Of a stretch of DNA of 18,057 bases, positions 14,687-18,057 are shown piece by piece. The notes under the pieces are model-generated. The model saw only the letters and a program-made list of their open reading frames with translations. It ran no database searches and had not been told where the DNA came from. The stretch lies in UHGV virus genome UHGV-0071990; one strand, 5' to 3'. The DNA comes from a virus. Made by a program: the position numbers and the translations under genes. Numbering within the stretch: position 1 is the stretch's first letter; the number at the start of each line of letters is the position of its first letter.

Positions 14687-17471
14687 AACTTAATCTCCGT
14701 TGTTGGAACAGATGAGCACTCAATTTCTTCTCAAAATCAGAATATCCCGCATCTAATGCTCTTTTAGCTGCAGCCTCAGTTTCCTTTGGTGAGCCAGCCG
14801 GAAGATTGATTACAGGCGAATAGGTTATCCCACCAGTCACTGCGTTAACGTTCTGGCGAGGTCCAGAACTCCCGGCAGCAGAGATCCCGTGAGGTGATAA
14901 ATTTGATTGCCCGAACTGGGTTGCGATTGCATTCTGTAAGCTGTTATTTCTGCTAACACCAGATGCCAGAGTAGTCATTATTGCACCACCTGACTTTGTT
15001 AGCTGTGAGAATGGACCTTTTTTCGCATCAGAGAACGGCAAGTACTCACGTACAGAAGAAAAAACGCCTTTTACTTCATTGATTAAAGCATTTGCTTTTG
15101 ATTTTATCCCTGTGATTAACGTCTCAATTATTTTTGCACCTGACTCACTCCAGTTTATTCCAGACAAATAAGCTGTTACAGATTGAAATGCTCTTATAAA
15201 GAGTCCAACTGGTGAAAAACGCATAAAAACAGATACCAGCGTATCTATGATTTTCTTTCCTGTTTCGCTCCAGTTAATGCCAGAAAGGTAATTTGCTGTA
15301 AGTTTAAACGCTTTAATTAATAACGGAAGCGGAGACATCCATTTAAAAGCACTAATTAATGTATTGTAAATTCTTACTCCTGCCGAACTCCAGTTTATAT
15401 TGGAAAGATAATTCCATGCTTTACCAAACATAGATATAATCCATCCATTGAGATCAAAGTTTAAGATAAAGTTTTTTATAGCCTCAAACGATTTAACTGT
15501 ATATTCCTTAACAGAAGGCCAAACTCTGACAGCATAATCTCTGATCTTATCCCAGTTCTGATAGAGCAATATTCCTGCCGCAACCAGCGCAGATATAGCA
15601 ATCTGAATCCACCCGAAGGGTGTTAGCTTTGTCGCTACAGATAAAGCCAGCATAGCTACCCTACACGCTATAACCACACTTTTCATGGTTAGAAACGCAC
15701 CTGCTGCCATCACAATCTGAGACACAAAATTGGGGTTGTTAGCTACAAATTCACTAATTTTTGTAATCAGCGGAACCAAAACACTAAGCGCGGCATTCAA
15801 AGCAGGTTGCAAGGCCTGACCAAAACTTAATGATGCATTGCTAGCCTGAATACGTAATTGTTTCAATCGCTCCGCATTGTCTTTCGTTATGTTGGCAAAA
15901 TCGCGGTCAATAACGGCACTTCCAGCTCCAAGAGATGTTGCTTTGATCCTCTGGTATTCCTTCCAGTTTTGAATCATCGGACGAACAAAGTTCTGAACCT
16001 GCATATCGCCAAATAGTTCACCAAGTAACTTCTGATCTCCGTTCTTAGTCATTTTCATGACAGAATGCATTGCAGCTTCGAATGGATTCTTCCCTTTTTT
16101 CTGCGCTGTTGTGACAATTTTATATAAATCTACACCGAAATTTTTCTTTGCTTTTTTTAGTGTTTCAGGGGAAAGTATTTTTGCCAAAAAGTTGTTCATA
16201 TTATTAGCAGCCTCATCCGAAGTTGCAGCACCTTTGCGAGCTATCTGCAAAGCTGCCCCCATCGTCGCGGCGGCTTCTTTACCTCCCATTTTTAATGCCT
16301 GGAACTGAGCACCAAGCACAGGAAGATTTTTGGCCATATCTTTAAATTCAAAGTTCCCCTCTTTCCCTGCCTGAACCAAAATCCCCATTGCAGACTTCAT
16401 TTGAGATGGATCAATCTTCAATGAGTCACTTAATGTAAATGATGCTTTCGAAACATCGAGGATATCAGAGCCAGTAGCTGTAGCCGTTCGCCCAATCGTT
16501 AGTAGATTCGCCTGAGCCTCTTTATAATCCTGCCCGGCAGCAACGAGAAAACCCTGAGCGGCCTGAATATCAGATGCAAACTGGTTGGTGGCCGTTCCGG
16601 TAACAAGCATCGCTCGCCCCATCGCCTGAACTTCTTCCGGCTTCATATCTGCCGTAAGACCAATCATTTTGTTTTCACGATTAAAATTTGCTGCATTATT
16701 AGCAGCAGCAAATGCGCCAGCCGCTACAGCACCAGTTTGTAATCCTGATCTTACAAGTTGACTCTTTGCCTCACCAAGATGCTCTCGCTTCAATTCACGC
16801 TGTCTTTCCAGCGCGCGGTTTAACTCTTCCTGAGCACGTTTTACTGCAAGAACATTTTTCCGTGCTTCAACCAACGCATTTTTATAGCTGTTAATTTTAT
16901 CAATACGTTGTTTTTCTAATGCCCGGTTAAGTTCCTCCTGCTGCTTTTTCACTTGCTGGACATTTGCTCTGGCTAAAGCCAAAGCCGTTCTGTAGCGGTT
17001 AACCTGCTCAACGCTACGGGCCTGAGCCTCACGATTACGATCAATGCTGGCTGTAAGCTCTTTCTCTCTTAAGGCCAAAGCTCTGGCAGATGTATCAGTG
17101 CCCTGATAGGCAGACTTTAAAGCGGCCAGTTCTTCACGCTGAGAACGTAGTGATGCTCGTAAATTCGATGAATGTGTTTTTGCCTTCTCAAAGTCACGAA
17201 GCATCGCTCTGGTTGGATTGGCCGTGTTTTTTATTTGCTTCTGTAACTCTTCAACGCGAGCGGCAGCTTTATGATATTCGAGGGCTGTCTGTCCAACCTT
17301 TACTTTTACAGATTGTAGCTTTTGAATTTCCCCATGTTCTTTCGTTAATCCAGCAAGCTCGGCATTTAATTTAGCAACAGCCTGATTAGCTGTAGTAAAA
17401 CTTTTGGGGAGAGAGGCGGCAACTTTGCCGCCAATTTCAAAAGCCAGCTTAAAGTTCTTATTGCTGGCCAT
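14679..17471 (-). CDS. Tail tape measure protein (930 aa)
   Basis: A long ORF with an extended Ala/Lys/Glu/Gln-rich coiled-coil N-terminal half, a central hydrophobic segment and repeated W-containing motifs in the C-terminal half. It lies immediately downstream of the frameshifted chaperone gene. ATG at 17471 is preceded by GAGGA. Confidence 0.9.
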   Translation of the reverse strand: MASNKNFKLAFEIGGKVAASLPKSFTTANQAVAKLNAELAGLTKEHGEIQKLQSVKVKVGQTALEYHKAAARVEELQKQIKNTANPTRAMLRDFEKAKTHSSNLRASLRSQREELAALKSAYQGTDTSARALALREKELTASIDRNREAQARSVEQVNRYRTALALARANVQQVKKQQEELNRALEKQRIDKINSYKNALVEARKNVLAVKRAQEELNRALERQRELKREHLGEAKSQLVRSGLQTGAVAAGAFAAANNAANFNRENKMIGLTADMKPEEVQAMGRAMLVTGTATNQFASDIQAAQGFLVAAGQDYKEAQANLLTIGRTATATGSDILDVSKASFTLSDSLKIDPSQMKSAMGILVQAGKEGNFEFKDMAKNLPVLGAQFQALKMGGKEAAATMGAALQIARKGAATSDEAANNMNNFLAKILSPETLKKAKKNFGVDLYKIVTTAQKKGKNPFEAAMHSVMKMTKNGDQKLLGELFGDMQVQNFVRPMIQNWKEYQRIKATSLGAGSAVIDRDFANITKDNAERLKQLRIQASNASLSFGQALQPALNAALSVLVPLITKISEFVANNPNFVSQIVMAAGAFLTMKSVVIACRVAMLALSVATKLTPFGWIQIAISALVAAGILLYQNWDKIRDYAVRVWPSVKEYTVKSFEAIKNFILNFDLNGWIISMFGKAWNYLSNINWSSAGVRIYNTLISAFKWMSPLPLLIKAFKLTANYLSGINWSETGKKIIDTLVSVFMRFSPVGLFIRAFQSVTAYLSGINWSESGAKIIETLITGIKSKANALINEVKGVFSSVREYLPFSDAKKGPFSQLTKSGGAIMTTLASGVSRNNSLQNAIATQFGQSNLSPHGISAAGSSGPRQNVNAVTGGITYSPVINLPAGSPKETEAAAKRALDAGYSDFEKKLSAHLFQQRRLSFG

Positions 17472-17476
17472 TAGTA

Positions 17477-17907
17477 TTAATCCTCATTAAACACGTCAAT
17501 CCAGGCGACGATTCGCCTCAACCGAAGCGAAAGCCAGTAGGATATAGGTGTTGATTGAGATGATTGAGATAGAGAACTCGCGGCCCTCATTATTTGCTTA
17601 TCAATAGGTTTTTTCTCATCAAAACCTACGAGAGCAAAAAATTCTGTACCTTTTGGCAAACTTTAACAAAGTCTTTCGCTGGCAATCCATTCAGATACTC
17701 TATCGGACGGCCAATACAGCGAGCAGCCAGAGCAACATGGACTTTATGATCAAGTGATGTTTGAACTGTAACATGCCCTTGAGATTGCAGTAAGTCTGAT
17801 ACTTCTAAAATATCGCTGCCTTTTAGTTTGTCTAAATCAAGGTTGAGTTCAGTCACCGGCTCGAAGTCTTCAAAACGATACTCTTTACTTAATTTAACGG
17901 TTTCCAT
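17477..17907 (-). CDS. Tail assembly chaperone, predicted -1 frameshift fusion product (about 140 aa)
   Basis: The -1 frame is open from the slippery site to a TAA at 17477, 6 bp before the tape-measure ATG. This is the same architecture as P2 E/E' and lambda G/GT. Confidence 0.6.
17626..17907 (-). CDS. Tail assembly chaperone (93 aa), zero-frame product
   Basis: A small acidic ORF directly upstream of the tape measure gene. ATG at 17907 is preceded by AAGGTGA. It ends with a slippery heptamer. Confidence 0.7.
   Translation of the reverse strand: METVKLSKEYRFEDFEPVTELNLDLDKLKGSDILEVSDLLQSQGHVTVQTSLDHKVHVALAARCIGRPIEYLNGLPAKDFVKVCQKVQNFLLS
17635..17641 (-). promoter_or_regulatory. Programmed -1 ribosomal frameshift slippery heptamer T_TTT_TTG
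   Basis: The minus strand reads CAG AAT TTT TTG CTC TCG TAG in the zero frame, and the heptamer T TTT TTG is 3 codons before the stop. The plus strand has CAAAAAA at 17635-17641. Confidence 0.65.
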
Positions 17908-18057
17908 TTTGTCACCTTATAAACCTAAATCATCACGAACGCTTTTTAATATATCTTCACCATCAAAGATACAAATAAAGTTCAATTTATCAATTTCCAG
18001 GACTGAAGTGGCACACTGAATTTGGCCACCTGAACAGAGGTGATATGCTCACCTCAG

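Noticed and set aside
16057-17374. Plus-strand ORFs 16057..16308, 16712..16894, 17090..17374 inside the tape measure gene
   Set aside because: Antisense to the 930-aa tape measure ORF. Spurious.
17828-18057. ORF 17828..18019 (+) and a possible minus-strand partial ORF ending near 17917
   Set aside because: The plus ORF is antisense to the chaperone gene. On the minus strand an in-frame stop at 18049-18051 limits the open frame to about 44 codons with no start. It is too short and truncated by the window edge to call.
1-18057. CRISPR array, rRNA or tRNA genes
   Set aside because: No regularly spaced direct repeats with unique spacers and no rRNA- or tRNA-like structures were found on visual inspection.

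Overview
This window reads as part of an enterobacterial temperate myovirus that also carries a plasmid-type replicon, so it is probably a phage-plasmid or a prophage with a captured replicon. Left part (1-5320): a short low-coding stretch ending in a terminator, an XRE-type HTH regulator divergent from a low-GC gene for a small membrane-anchored protein, a 126-aa hypothetical gene, a HigB/RelE-like toxin with HTH antitoxin and palindromic operators, a translationally coupled HTH+unknown gene pair, an AT-rich origin-like region with a consensus DnaA box, and an IncFII-type RepA gene whose leader is overlapped by a promoter-plus-terminator unit for a CopA-like antisense RNA. Middle (5321-8999): a Hin/Gin/Cin/Pin-family serine DNA invertase next to a ~3.0-kb invertible segment bounded by two inverted 26-bp crossover sites; the segment holds two alternative tail-fiber C-terminal cassettes, each with its own tail-fiber assembly chaperone. 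Right part (8035-17907, all minus strand): a tightly packed tail operon with tape measure, LysM-like protein X, gpD-like hub, gpV-like spike, an unassigned 155-aa protein, gp25/W-like, baseplate J, gpI-like, and tail fiber, preceded by a tail chaperone carrying a T_TTT_TTG -1 frameshift site. No rRNA, tRNA or CRISPR array was seen. All family assignments come from reading the translated ORFs against remembered family hallmarks; no database search was run.
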